Notes: generated by a model not told the origin, from the sequence alone. A stretch of DNA of 64,000 nucleotides from Actinomycetota bacterium (GCA_039029735.1 JBCCFL010000034.1:1890-65889), one strand, 5' to 3'; counted from the first letter of the stretch, positions 1 through 9,925 are shown. Made by a program: numbers and translations.

Positions 1-673
1 CGACGCCACTGTTTCCACGTCTGGCCTCGGCACCGTCGGAATCGAGGAGCCTCCCGGGTTCGATGCGGTGGTCAATGGCTACGACGTGGCCACGCTCGAC
101 GAACTGCAGAGCCTCGACCCGATCGGGGAGGACGACCCTGAGCTCACCACCTACTGGGACAGCGATCTGTACACGTTCGACCCCGCCGAGGTGACGGCCG
201 ACGGGATCATCGTGTCGGCTGGTGGCCAGTTCGGAGGCATCCGGGGCCTTCGCAAGGAGCTGGAGCTCTACCAGGTGATCCTGCGCGACTCGCCCCGGTT
301 CACTCTCGCCATGCAGACCGGCGGCGACTTCGGCAGCGAGGGTTTCCGGCAGTTCGACTTCACCATCAATCCCGATGGCTCGGTCACCTTCGGGCGGACC
401 ACGGCTGGCAACTCGACCGACCCCACACCAACGGGCGTCGTGGTGGACCTCGGGGTCGACTCCAGCCGCTACATGGTTGGTATCGGCCGCGACGGTGCCG
501 ACGTCGTGTTCGTGGCCTGGCGTACGGCCGACCCGTCGGCGATGGTGTCGACTGTGGTCGAACTGCCCGACGCGTTCGACCGCCCCGAGTACAACACCGT
601 GATGTTCGTCTGGGAGGGGAGCGTCGAGATCAACCGAGTGGCGGACCTGTCGATCGGTGGTCTGAACCCGTAG
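1..673 (+). CDS. C-terminal part of a hypothetical (probably secreted, beta-rich) protein, 5'-truncated by the window edge
   Basis: Frame is open from nt 2 to TAG at 671-673, with GC3-biased codons; no recognisable motif. Confidence 0.7.
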   Translation, partial: DATVSTSGLGTVGIEEPPGFDAVVNGYDVATLDELQSLDPIGEDDPELTTYWDSDLYTFDPAEVTADGIIVSAGGQFGGIRGLRKELELYQVILRDSPRFTLAMQTGGDFGSEGFRQFDFTINPDGSVTFGRTTAGNSTDPTPTGVVVDLGVDSSRYMVGIGRDGADVVFVAWRTADPSAMVSTVVELPDAFDRPEYNTVMFVWEGSVEINRVADLSIGGLNP

Positions 674-676
674 CAG

Positions 677-1867
677 CTACGGCACGTTGAGGATCGTCTC
701 GCAGTTGTTGGTGTTGGCCACGTCGCCTGCGGTCTCGCGGCCGTTGCCACCATCGCAGGTGTCGATGCCATCGTTGCCTGACACGTTGTCGTCTCCGGGG
801 CCGCCGTTCACGGTGTCGTCGTTTTGGCCGCCGCGGACGGTGTCGTTTCCGTTGTCGCCGTAGACGGTGTCTTTGCCGCCGTTGCCGGAGACGGAGTCGT
901 TGCCGTCGTCGCCGTGGACGTTGGTGTCGTTGTCGCCTCCGCCGTTGACGGCGTCGTTGTCGGGTCCGCCGGAGATGAGGCCGTCGTTGCCGGAGCCGCC
1001 GGAGATGGTGTCTTCGCCGTCGTTGCCGGAGATGGTGTCGGTGTCGGAGGAGCCGCCGAGGGTGTCGTTGCCGATGCCGCCGGTGATGGTGTCGTTGCCG
1101 GAGCCGCCGAACACGGTGTCGCCGCCGGCTTCGCCGTTGATGGTGTCGTCGCCGGCGTTGCCCGAGAGGGTGTCGCCGCCTGGTCCGCCGAAGATGGTGT
1201 CGTTGCCGGGGCCACCGACGATCATGTCGGCGCCGCCCTCGCCGCAGATGGTGTCGTTGCCGTCGAGGGCGTTGATCACATCCGGGCCGGGGGTACCGAG
1301 TATCACATCGTCACCCGTGGTGGGCACGTCGCCGTTGTTCAGATTCACGGTCACCGTGAGGCCGTTGCACGGAGGCGGGGCACAGTTCAGGTCGTCGCAG
1401 TGCATGACCTTGAGGTCGCCGTTGGTGTTGTCGTAGTACGAGATCACGGGGTACTCGTTGCTGTCGAGGGCCAACGAGCTGAACGCGCCTACGTCGCCGG
1501 CGGTGTCGGGGCTGGTGATCGACTCACCGGTGCCGTCACAGTTCGGATCGTCGCAGCGCATGACCTTCAGATCGGCGTTCGCGAAGTCGTGGTAGGCGAT
1601 GGCCGGGTAGCCGTTGTCGTCGAGGGCGAGGGCGTTGTCGACACCGTCGTCGAGGATCTCTCGCACCTCTCCAACACCATCGCAGGCAGGATCATTGCAA
1701 TGGTACAGGTACAGGTTGCCGTTGAAAGCACCGGTGTAGGTGAACACCGGGTTGCCACTGCCGTCGAGCACGAGCGAGGTGTGCGCACCAGTTGCCGAGC
1801 CGAAGTTGTTGGGTACGTTGATCACCTCGCCACTGCCGTCGCAGTTGGGATCGTCGCAGTCCAGCAC
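677..1867 (-). CDS. Cys-rich repeat protein with hemolysin-type (RTX) calcium-binding GGxGxD repeats; probably N-terminally truncated
   Basis: Four C(D/N)D(P/L)xC-type repeats, then many GGxGNDT(I/L/V)x nonapeptides; begins mid-repeat with no signal peptide and an in-frame TGA three codons upstream. Confidence 0.75.
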   Translation of the reverse strand: MLDCDDPNCDGSGEVINVPNNFGSATGAHTSLVLDGSGNPVFTYTGAFNGNLYLYHCNDPACDGVGEVREILDDGVDNALALDDNGYPAIAYHDFANADLKVMRCDDPNCDGTGESITSPDTAGDVGAFSSLALDSNEYPVISYYDNTNGDLKVMHCDDLNCAPPPCNGLTVTVNLNNGDVPTTGDDVILGTPGPDVINALDGNDTICGEGGADMIVGGPGNDTIFGGPGGDTLSGNAGDDTINGEAGGDTVFGGSGNDTITGGIGNDTLGGSSDTDTISGNDGEDTISGGSGNDGLISGGPDNDAVNGGGDNDTNVHGDDGNDSVSGNGGKDTVYGDNGNDTVRGGQNDDTVNGGPGDDNVSGNDGIDTCDGGNGRETAGDVANTNNCETILNVP

Positions 1868-1889
1868 GTTGATTCAACTGTGGACGAAT

Positions 1890-2726
1890 TCAGTTCGGGC
1901 CTTCCCAGAGACGGACCCAGCCTGATTCCACTTCGAGGTCGGCGGTCTCGTATCCCTGCTCGCCCGGGAGCAGCACGCGGTACTCGCCGTCGGGGTCGGC
2001 CACCCGCACCCGCTGGTAGGGGAGGCGGCGCTTGGCCGCTGCCAGCACCTCGGCCGCCGAGCCATAGCGGGCCAGGCACTCGATCATTCGCACGGTGGGC
2101 GTCATCATCGTCATCTCGCCGTCGCGCCATCGGGTGAGCGCCTCGCCCGGCGACATCCAGGCCATGTTCACGATCTCGCCGTCGTCGACGTCGGCCTCTT
2201 GATCGGGGGGAGCCACGGCGACGAAGAACCGGGCATCGAAGCGTCGGGGTGAACCGAGGGGAGTGATGAACCGCGCCACCTCTTCGATGGCGGTCACGTC
2301 GAGGGTGATACCCAGATCGAGAAGGCGATCGACGAACACGCCTTCGTCGGCCCGTACCTGGTCGCGAAGCGTGCCGACGTCGACCGACGGGCCGTTGTCG
2401 GCTGCGAGCAGCAGGCCCGCCTCCTCCAGCGTTTCCCGACACGCCGCCAGCCACCACGCGAGGCCACCCCGGTCGACCTCGAGGATGCTCGACGCCTCGG
2501 CGTCGGACAGCCCCGAGCAGAGTGTGTCGAAGTCGTCCACGTGATCAGATGGATCGACGCGACCACCAGGGAACACCCAGTTGTCCGGGGCGAACACCAC
2601 TCGGGCCGTACGGCGCAGCATCAGCACCTGCAGCTCGGGCCGGTCGGCCAAGAGCATCACGGTGGCCGCAGGGCGGATCGGTACCGATTCGGGGTCGAAG
2701 TCCTCGGTGTTGGCCCAGTTGCTCAC
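1890..2726 (-). CDS. NUDIX hydrolase (NUDT19-like, possibly acyl-CoA diphosphatase)
   Basis: RPAATVMLL, VFPGGRVD, ACRETLEEAG Nudix box, FITP..SPRRFDARFF; GTG overlaps the upstream stop (GTGA). Confidence 0.88.
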   Translation of the reverse strand: MSNWANTEDFDPESVPIRPAATVMLLADRPELQVLMLRRTARVVFAPDNWVFPGGRVDPSDHVDDFDTLCSGLSDAEASSILEVDRGGLAWWLAACRETLEEAGLLLAADNGPSVDVGTLRDQVRADEGVFVDRLLDLGITLDVTAIEEVARFITPLGSPRRFDARFFVAVAPPDQEADVDDGEIVNMAWMSPGEALTRWRDGEMTMMTPTVRMIECLARYGSAAEVLAAAKRRLPYQRVRVADPDGEYRVLLPGEQGYETADLEVESGWVRLWEGPN

Positions 2727-3322
2727 GGTCCGCCGACCCGCATCAGCAGCGAGGTCGAGTCGAGCGCCGAGGCGGCCACCGCGTCCCACGCCTCGTTCCC
2801 CGGATCACCGGGCCGCAGGCCCGACGGCTGCGCCAGCAGGTACAAGCGGAACTGGAGTTCCTTCTCGCCGTCGCCCAGCTGGTCGAGGCAGGGCGTGCCG
2901 TAGCCGAGGCTGCCGTAGTCATTGAGGGTCTCGAAGGCGCCCGCCGGGGCGATCCCGGAGTCGAGGCGCGACTCGCCAGGGCCGATCCCCGCCATGAGCC
3001 ACAGCAGAAGGGGTTCGTTGGGATTGGTCTGATCGGTGAGTGTCACCGCCAGCTCCGCCACACCGTTGCCGACATCGCCCCATTCGAGCACCGGGAAGAC
3101 GTTCCGGCCAGCGCACGTCACATCCACCGGTGCGATTCCACCAGCGTCGAAGTCGGGGCTGGACAGCGCAATCCCCGACTCGGTGCTCTCGGATTCGAGC
3201 GCGGAGGTGGGTGGGCTGGGTCGGGTGGTGGTGGTCTGACCGAGTTCGGGCTCGGCGAGCTCACGACCATCACTGGCGCAGCTCGCCAGCACCAGCAACA
3301 CCACGAGGAGCCAGTTGCGCAC
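2723..3322 (-). CDS. YbhB/YbcL (PEBP/Raf-kinase-inhibitor-like) lipoprotein
   Basis: Lipobox LASC; LSSPDF..G.I..TC.G.N..P.L.W, ELAVTLTD, GYGTPC, FRLYLL; TAGGGT -10 just upstream. Confidence 0.8.
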   Translation of the reverse strand: MRNWLLVVLLVLASCASDGRELAEPELGQTTTTRPSPPTSALESESTESGIALSSPDFDAGGIAPVDVTCAGRNVFPVLEWGDVGNGVAELAVTLTDQTNPNEPLLLWLMAGIGPGESRLDSGIAPAGAFETLNDYGSLGYGTPCLDQLGDGEKELQFRLYLLAQPSGLRPGDPGNEAWDAVAASALDSTSLLMRVGGP

Positions 3323-3436
3323 GGGTGCACACCCTAGCGGCCTCGTTCCCAGGCGTTCGGGCATGCGGCCCGCTCCTATGCTGATCGCTTCGCCGAACCC
3401 GGCACCAGAGGCAGCGCACCGAAGGGAGGATCGAAC

Positions 3437-4777
3437 GTGGCTCGTCGCCGACTCCCACCACCCAGATCCCTCCTCTCCCGGCGTTGGACCGCCCCCGTGC
3501 GGGCGGTGGTGGGTGGCCGTCGCCTGCCCCGGGTCGGTTCGGCGTGGCGTCCGTCGTCGTGGCCCCCGCTCGGAGGTCTGCTCGGCCCCGCCATCGGCGA
3601 CGCAAGTCAGAGCCTCGGCGCGCTCGCACTGTCGGCCACCACGAGCCTCGTCACTGGGTTCACCTTCGCCGCCGTTGCCGACACGCTCCGCACCTTCCCC
3701 GGCCTGCTGTTGTTCATCCCGGCCGCCATCGGCCTTCGAGGCAACGTCTTCGGTCCGCTGGGGAGTCGGCTCTCCACGTCGATCCGGGCCGGAACGTTCT
3801 CGTGGAGTTGGCGGCTCGACTCGCTGCTCGGTCAGAACGTGATCGCCGCCATGGCCACCTCCCTCGGCGCGGCCCTTGGCCTGGCCGTGGTGGCTGAGAT
3901 TCTGGCGTTGCTGTTGCGGGAGGGATCGGTGTCGGTGATCAGCCTCGCCGACTTCGTTGTGGTGTCGGTGTTCGGCGGCACGATCGCCTCGATCGTGGTG
4001 CTCATGATCACCCTTGGCCTCGCCGTGGCATCGGCCCGCTTCGGGTGGGACCTCGACAACGTGACCGCGCCACTCGTGTCGGCCTCGGGTGACTTCGTCA
4101 CGCTGCCGGCCATCGTGTTGGCCACAGCGCTGATCCAGCGAGGCGGCCTCACCCAGGCGCTGGCGGTTGCGTTCGCCGTGATCTCGTTGGCGGCGGTGCT
4201 GGTCGTCATCCGCTCGTCGTTCACGATCAGCCGCAGAGTGTTGTTCGAGGCGCTGCCCGTGCTCGTGGGCGCCGGCACGTTGAGCCTCGTGGCGGGTGCC
4301 GTGCTGGAGCGGTCGATCGACCGGTTCCTCACCTTCTCCGTGCTCCTGGTGCTCCTGCCTGGCTACCTGGCCACTGCGGGGGCCCTCGGAGGGATCCTGT
4401 CGAGCCGGCTGTCCACCAAGGTGCACCTCGGCCTCATCGAGTCGGCCCGCTTCCCCCGAGGTGGAGCCCGCGACGACATCCGTGTGACGTTCGCCCTCGC
4501 CATCCCGATCTTCGCCCTCCTGGCGTTGCTGGCCGGCACCATCGGTGTTCTGGCCGGCGAGACCTCGCCCGGGCTGCCCCTGCTGATCGCGGCCGCCCTG
4601 ACGGGAGGGCTGGTCGCCACCACCTTCGTGGCCGCCATTGCCTACTACGGCACGCTGCTGGTGGTGCGCTTCGGGCTCGATCCAGACAATCACGGCATCC
4701 CGCTCGTGAGCGCCAGCCTCGACGTGATCGGGGCGTTGACCCTGATCGGCGCGCTGGTGTTGTGGGGGGTGGCATGA
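3437..4777 (+). CDS. mgtE: Magnesium transporter, duplicated MgtE/SLC41 integral membrane domain
   Basis: Two repeats: PAAIGLRGNVFG...DLDNVTAPLVSASGD and PGYLATAGALGG...DPDNHGIPLVSASLD; about 10-12 TM helices; no CBS domains; start uncertain. Confidence 0.8.
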   Translation: MARRRLPPPRSLLSRRWTAPVRAVVGGRRLPRVGSAWRPSSWPPLGGLLGPAIGDASQSLGALALSATTSLVTGFTFAAVADTLRTFPGLLLFIPAAIGLRGNVFGPLGSRLSTSIRAGTFSWSWRLDSLLGQNVIAAMATSLGAALGLAVVAEILALLLREGSVSVISLADFVVVSVFGGTIASIVVLMITLGLAVASARFGWDLDNVTAPLVSASGDFVTLPAIVLATALIQRGGLTQALAVAFAVISLAAVLVVIRSSFTISRRVLFEALPVLVGAGTLSLVAGAVLERSIDRFLTFSVLLVLLPGYLATAGALGGILSSRLSTKVHLGLIESARFPRGGARDDIRVTFALAIPIFALLALLAGTIGVLAGETSPGLPLLIAAALTGGLVATTFVAAIAYYGTLLVVRFGLDPDNHGIPLVSASLDVIGALTLIGALVLWGVA

Positions 4778-6009
4778 TGCCATCCGTGGAACCACGGAAC
4801 CTGCGCGAGATGCTGGCCGAGGCCAAGGACACCAGCGAGGTGATGGTCGACCTGGCGTACGCCGCGCTGTTCTTCGATGACCCCGACATGGCCGATGAGG
4901 TCGAAGAGCTCGAAACCCAGATCAGCGAACTCGTCCACCAGATGCGGGCCCTGTGCATCATCGCCGTTCGCAATCCCCGTGAGGCGGAGGCGATGTCGGC
5001 TGTGCTGCAGGTGATCAGCGCCGTGGAGTCGATCGGCAACGATGCCGTCGACATCGCCAAGGTGGTGTCGCGCCGCCTCGGGATTCCCCGACAGCTCGTG
5101 GTCGACATGTCGGCGGCCGAGGAGGTCTCGCACCGGGTGGAGGTGCAGGCGGGATCCCACTTCGCCAACCGGCCGCTGTCGTCGTTCGAGCTGCCCGTGG
5201 TCACCGGTATGCGTGTGCTCGCCGTGCGGCGGGGCCGGAGCTGGCTCGTGGATCCGTCGGGCGACGACATTCTGAACCCCGGCGACGTGCTGTTCCTGCG
5301 AGGGTCGCCCGAGGGCATTGTGCGGCTCCGTGAGCTTGCCGGCGCGCCCCCGTGGCGCCCCGCCCAGCCCGAGGAGGGTGCGCTCACCGATCTCGACCGC
5401 GCCGTCGACACCATCGTTGAGATGAAGAATCTGTCGGAGGTGGCGGTGGGGCTCGCCTACTCGGCGCTCGTGTTCCGCGATCGCAGCTTGGCGGCCGAGG
5501 TGCGCCACCTGGAGGACCGCCTCGACGAGATGAAGATCCGGCTCGAACTCTGGGTGCTGCGGGCGGCCAAAGACGACGTCGACCCGTCACGCCTGCGCGG
5601 CCTGCTCCACCTGGCCGCAGCGGCCGAGGATCTGGGAGACCAGGCCCAGCAGATGGTGTGGCTGATCGAGAAGTCGAGCGATCTCCACCCGGTGCTTCAG
5701 GTGGCGCTCGGCGACACCGACGACATCGTGGTGCGCGTACCCGTGGCCGAAGACGCCCGGGTGGCAGGCTCGGCCCTCGGCGACCTCGAACTGCCGATCG
5801 AGCCGGGGTTCAACGTGCTGGCCATCGAGCGCGACGGCCGCTACCTCTACCGGCCGCGCAAGCACGTGGAGCTGCGGGTGGGCGATCAGGTGCTGGCGAA
5901 CGGCCCCGAAGAGGGGCAAGGGGCGTTGGCCGAGATGTTCGGCTGGCGCCTCGTCGAGATCGACGACGAGATCGGCCTCGAACCCCTGAACGCAACAGCC
6001 GGCGACTGA
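4774..6009 (+). CDS. PhoU/TrkA-C (RCK_C) tandem-repeat regulatory protein
   Basis: Two [PhoU-like helical + TrkA-C] units (EAKDTSEVMVDLAYAAL / EMKNLSEVAVGLAYSAL; VLAVRRG / VLAIERDG); ATGA overlap with the transporter. Confidence 0.85.
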   Translation: MMPSVEPRNLREMLAEAKDTSEVMVDLAYAALFFDDPDMADEVEELETQISELVHQMRALCIIAVRNPREAEAMSAVLQVISAVESIGNDAVDIAKVVSRRLGIPRQLVVDMSAAEEVSHRVEVQAGSHFANRPLSSFELPVVTGMRVLAVRRGRSWLVDPSGDDILNPGDVLFLRGSPEGIVRLRELAGAPPWRPAQPEEGALTDLDRAVDTIVEMKNLSEVAVGLAYSALVFRDRSLAAEVRHLEDRLDEMKIRLELWVLRAAKDDVDPSRLRGLLHLAAAAEDLGDQAQQMVWLIEKSSDLHPVLQVALGDTDDIVVRVPVAEDARVAGSALGDLELPIEPGFNVLAIERDGRYLYRPRKHVELRVGDQVLANGPEEGQGALAEMFGWRLVEIDDEIGLEPLNATAGD

Positions 6010-6090
6010 TCCTCCCGGAGGAGGTCAATCGCCGGCTGACGTTGGAGAGGATGAGCCGAGGCCTGGCCTCAGCTCACGATGGAGGTGGGT

Positions 6091-7233
6091 TCAGCCCCGC
6101 GGGGCGGGCGGCGGCAGCGGGGGCTGCGTTGGCGAACTCGGAGCTGCCGGTGGCGGGGGAGGGGAGGCGCTCTCGATCGTCGTCTCGGTGCCCGATCCTG
6201 AGGTGCTGGCGCTCGACGTTGCCGACACCCGAGCCCGGGGTCGGGCGGGGCGCACTGCTGGCTGCTCGCCGTCGCCATTGCCGTCGTCGGGGCCGCCATC
6301 GCGCAGCATCTCGGCGATGCCACCGATGGAGCCGAGCGTGGCGCTCATGTCGGCCGGTACGAAGATCTTGGTGGCGTGGCCGTTGGCGATGTTCTCCAGC
6401 GCCTCCAGGTACTTGATGGCGATCACGCGATCGTCGGTGCCAGAGGTGTTGATGGCGCCGTACACCTCGCGGATGGCCTCGGCCTCACCTTGGGCCACCA
6501 CCTCGAGGTTGAACTGCTCGGCCTCGGCCTTCACCTTGATGGCTTGGGCCTCACCCTCGGCCGTCAGGATCTGCCTCTGCTTCACGCCCTCAGCGGTGAG
6601 AATCGCGGAGGCCTTGTCACCCTCGGCCCTGGTGACCGCAGCCTCGCGGGCACCTTCGGCCTCGGTGACCACGGCGCGCCGGGTCCGCTCCGCCTTCATC
6701 TGCTCGTGCATGGCGTGCATGACGTCCTGCGGCGGATCGATCCGCTGGATCTCCACGCGGACCACCCGCACGCCCCACTTGTCGGTGGCGTCGTCGAGAA
6801 TCTGCCGTAGTGCAGCGTTCACCCGCTCACGCGATGTGAAGGCCTCATCCAGCGTCATCTCGCCGACCACGTTACGCAGGTTGGTCTGGGCCAGCTTGGT
6901 GACAGCCAGCACGAAGTTCGAGATGTTGTAGAGGAGCCGCTGGGGATCAGTCGGCTCGAAGTAGACGACCGCGTCGACCGACACGGCCACGTTGTCTTCG
7001 GTGATCACTTCCTGGGGCGGCACGTCGATCACCTGCTCCCGCATGTCGACCGCACGCATGCGCTCGATCACCGGGTAGATGAGTCGTAGCCCGGGGTCGA
7101 CCGTGCCCTTGTAGCGGCCGAGTTGCTCGACGACGCCCTTCTGGTAGGGCCGAACGATCTTCACCCCCATCGCGACATACACCATGAGCACCACGAAGAT
7201 GATCAGGAGGAGCGTCAGGACTAACTGTGGCAT
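6091..7233 (-). CDS. SPFH/Band 7 (stomatin/QmcA-like) membrane protein
   Basis: N-terminal TM; VPPQEVITEDNV.V.VDAVVYF, QTNLRNVVGEMTLD, KWGVRVVRVEIQRIDPP; GGAG RBS. Confidence 0.93.
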   Translation of the reverse strand: MPQLVLTLLLIIFVVLMVYVAMGVKIVRPYQKGVVEQLGRYKGTVDPGLRLIYPVIERMRAVDMREQVIDVPPQEVITEDNVAVSVDAVVYFEPTDPQRLLYNISNFVLAVTKLAQTNLRNVVGEMTLDEAFTSRERVNAALRQILDDATDKWGVRVVRVEIQRIDPPQDVMHAMHEQMKAERTRRAVVTEAEGAREAAVTRAEGDKASAILTAEGVKQRQILTAEGEAQAIKVKAEAEQFNLEVVAQGEAEAIREVYGAINTSGTDDRVIAIKYLEALENIANGHATKIFVPADMSATLGSIGGIAEMLRDGGPDDGNGDGEQPAVRPARPRARVSATSSASTSGSGTETTIESASPPPPPAAPSSPTQPPLPPPAPRG

Positions 7234-7279
7234 GTGTTCTACCTCTCCTTGCGGGCGGTCTGGTTGCTGGCGGGGCGCA

Positions 7280-7771
7280 TCAGGCGAGCCCCGGCGGCTC
7301 GTGGCCGAAATCGACAACGGTGGGCTCGACGATGAGGCGGGTGCCTCGCACCTCGAGCACCCGGATCTGGTGGCCAACGGGGATACGGGCGTTCGTGGCG
7401 GTGTCGGCTCGCCAGTCCTCGGTACCGACCCGCACCTGGCCGCTCCCGCCAGCAACGGCGCCGATCTCCTCGATCACGGTGCCCTCGATGCCGACGAGGC
7501 GGCTTGATCCGATTCCGATCGGGTTCGGCATGGTGGCGTCGAGGCGGCGTGACAGTGGGCGAAGGCCCAGGAAGGCGGCGAACGACACGAGCAGGAACAC
7601 CGGGAAGCTGAACATCAGCCCCAATCCGAGGAGACTCACGATGGCCGCCGCGAGACCTCCGGCGGCGAAGGGCAGCAGGAAGAACGTTCCCGCCATCGTG
7701 AGCTCACCGATGCCGAATCCTGCGGTCACCGCAAGCCAGACGACAGCCCAGAAGTACGGTTCGTCTATCAC
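7280..7771 (-). CDS. NfeD-family membrane protein (SPFH partner)
   Basis: Three TM helices then an OB-fold tail (GQVRVGTEDWRA, VLEVRGTRLIV); canonical nfeD-SPFH pairing. Confidence 0.9.
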   Translation of the reverse strand: MIDEPYFWAVVWLAVTAGFGIGELTMAGTFFLLPFAAGGLAAAIVSLLGLGLMFSFPVFLLVSFAAFLGLRPLSRRLDATMPNPIGIGSSRLVGIEGTVIEEIGAVAGGSGQVRVGTEDWRADTATNARIPVGHQIRVLEVRGTRLIVEPTVVDFGHEPPGLA

Positions 7772-7924
7772 GTACCCTCCTCACCTGTGCCGGTGGGCCC
7801 GGCGTTCCTCACCTGTCGTGCATCGTCGCACGCCATCAACAACGTCGCGTGATCAGGCTTGGTTCCCGAACTCGCATCGATCTCGGGTCGTGGCCGATCC
7901 ATAGAAACCATTAGCGTAATTGTG

Positions 7925-8773
7925 ATGGCCCGCCTGCTCTGCGTCCATGCTCATCCTGATGACGAGGCCTCCAAGGGCGCGCCCACCGTGGCTCGCGCCG
8001 TGGCTGAGGGCCATGAGGCCTTCCTCGTCTGCTGCACGGGTGGTGAGGAGGGCGACATCCTCAACGAGGCGCTCGACACCCCCGAGGTCCGGGAGAACCT
8101 TCCCAGAGTGAGGGCCGAGGAGCTCGAGGCCTCGGTCAAGGCCATTGGTTACAACGAACTCATCTGGTTGGGTTACCGCGACTCCGGCATGGAGGACACC
8201 GAGGCCAACGCCGACCCTGCCTGCTTCGCCCAGGCCGACATCGACGAGGCGACGGGTCGCCTGGTGGCGATCATCCGCCGACTCCGGCCCGAGGTGATCA
8301 TCACCTACTCCGACGACCAGCAGGGCTACCGACACCCCGATCATCTCCGGGTGTACGACATCAGCATCCTCGCGTGGGACCGGGCCGGCGATCCCGACTG
8401 GTACCCCTGGGCGGGCCCGCCATTCACCCCGTCGAAGATCTACTACTCGGTGTGGAGTCGGGAGCGGCTGAAGGCCCATCACGAGCTGTTCGGCGAGCTC
8501 GGCCTGGAATCGCCTTACGACGAGAAGTGGTTCACCCGCCCTTCAGGCGATCACCGGATCACCACCAAAATCGACATCAGCGGTCACTACTCGGTGCGCC
8601 GCGAGGCGCTGTTGGCCCACGCCACCCAGGTCGACCCGAACTCTCCGTTCTGGTTCGGCCTGCCCGACGACGCGGCCATGAAGGCCTATCCGTGGGACGA
8701 CTACATCCTCGGTCACACCCGGGTGGAGACCACCATGCCCGAATCGGATCTGTTCGCCGGGGTGCGGTCATGA
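7925..8773 (+). CDS. mca: Mycothiol conjugate amidase
   Basis: VHAHPDDEASKG, LGYRDSG, GYRHPDH, ALLAHATQVDP. Confidence 0.92.
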   Translation: MARLLCVHAHPDDEASKGAPTVARAVAEGHEAFLVCCTGGEEGDILNEALDTPEVRENLPRVRAEELEASVKAIGYNELIWLGYRDSGMEDTEANADPACFAQADIDEATGRLVAIIRRLRPEVIITYSDDQQGYRHPDHLRVYDISILAWDRAGDPDWYPWAGPPFTPSKIYYSVWSRERLKAHHELFGELGLESPYDEKWFTRPSGDHRITTKIDISGHYSVRREALLAHATQVDPNSPFWFGLPDDAAMKAYPWDDYILGHTRVETTMPESDLFAGVRS

Positions 8774-9120
8774 CGGCGCCGCTCAGCGACGAATGGGTGG
8801 CGGCCCTGGTGGCGGCCAGCGCCGATCGGCAGGGCCGAGGCGCCGGCGAAACGGTGGCGATCACGATCGGCAAGACGAAGGCGGCCGCATTTGCGATCAC
8901 CGACGGTCAGGTGGCCGGCCCGGGCGACCCCGAGGATGCGGCGGTCACGGTGCCCGTCACGGCTGCACAACTCGACGCGATCGTCGCCGGCGAGACGTCG
9001 CTCGCGCAGGACTTCATGCGGGGCGACGTGAAACCGGTGGGGGCCACGGGCCCGCTCCTCGCTCTCGTGGAGCTGTTCGAGGACGAGGCGTTCAGGCGCG
9101 AGCTCGCTGCCCGGCTCTGA
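8770..9120 (+). CDS. SCP2 sterol-carrier-domain protein
   Basis: AQDFMRGDVKPVG resembles the SCP2 AFMxGKLKVxG motif; ATGA overlap with mca. Confidence 0.72.
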   Translation: MTAPLSDEWVAALVAASADRQGRGAGETVAITIGKTKAAAFAITDGQVAGPGDPEDAAVTVPVTAAQLDAIVAGETSLAQDFMRGDVKPVGATGPLLALVELFEDEAFRRELAARL

Positions 9121-9925
9121 TCTCGCGGAACCCGATCAGCTCGGCTCCGGTGCGGGCGAGCGCGGTCCGGAAGGTCCAGTCGTGGCACACGAGGTGTGCG
9201 TCTGACACGTACGCCGCCCAGGTCGGGGTGATGGCGCGCAGCTCGGGGGAGTCGACGGCCGGCCGCACGTGCAACTCGGTGACGCCGGGCTGAAGGTCTG
9301 AAATCGCCGCGTCGAGCACCGGCCGGGCCTCTTCACCCAGCGGAGCGGCCACCACGTGGTCGGGGGTGAGCACCCCCTCGGCCGCGGCCAGATCGCGGGC
9401 GGGGAAGCCGAGATCCACCTCGGGGGAGGGCAGGCTGATCGGCAGATCGAACTCGACTGCCAGTTCGAGGTAGCTGTCGAAGAACTCCGGGCGGGCACAT
9501 AGCGCATCCAGATGGGAGCTCAGGTGGGTGGGGTCGAAGCCCCAGAGGATCGCCCGTTCGAGCTGGGCCCGACACTCACGCCTGGTCTCGTCGACATCTG
9601 CATGCTCCCAGAGGTCGCTGGCAGTTCGGGGGAAACCGCCGGCACCTCCGAGGAGGGACGGCGCTTGGGTGACTGGGCTCCACTGGTACGTCTCGTGTTC
9701 GGCGTTGACCGTAAGGTTGACGCCAACATCGTCGCCCTGGTGCTCCGCCGCTGCGCCCCGGGCCCAGGGGCACGGCACCTGAAGCCCGGCCGAGGTCGCC
9801 ACGCCGTTGCGAAGGGCGTCGACCGTGGCGCGGTTCGCCGCGTTCGACGAGCCGTAGCCGTCACACACCACGATCACGAGCCGGGCGTCGTCGGAGCGTC
9901 CCAATCGGTGGTTGAGGCGGGTCAT
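9092..9925 (-). CDS. ChbG/HpnK (YdjC-family) carbohydrate deacetylase
   Basis: IVVCDGYG..NAAN, QLERA..WGFDPTHLSSH, GVTELHVRP. Confidence 0.8.
   Translation of the reverse strand: MTRLNHRLGRSDDARLVIVVCDGYGSSNAANRATVDALRNGVATSAGLQVPCPWARGAAAEHQGDDVGVNLTVNAEHETYQWSPVTQAPSLLGGAGGFPRTASDLWEHADVDETRRECRAQLERAILWGFDPTHLSSHLDALCARPEFFDSYLELAVEFDLPISLPSPEVDLGFPARDLAAAEGVLTPDHVVAAPLGEEARPVLDAAISDLQPGVTELHVRPAVDSPELRAITPTWAAYVSDAHLVCHDWTFRTALARTGAELIGFREIRAGQRARA

Noticed and set aside
1868-1890. Second UGA read-through joining upstream sequence to the RTX gene
   Set aside because: No redox motif or SECIS-like hairpin, and the upstream in-frame sequence is an alternate frame of the NUDIX gene.
2723-4795. 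690-aa ORF as a single protein
   Set aside because: Only the last 199 aa (PEBP lipoprotein from GTG 3322) look coding; the rest is antisense to the MgtE gene.
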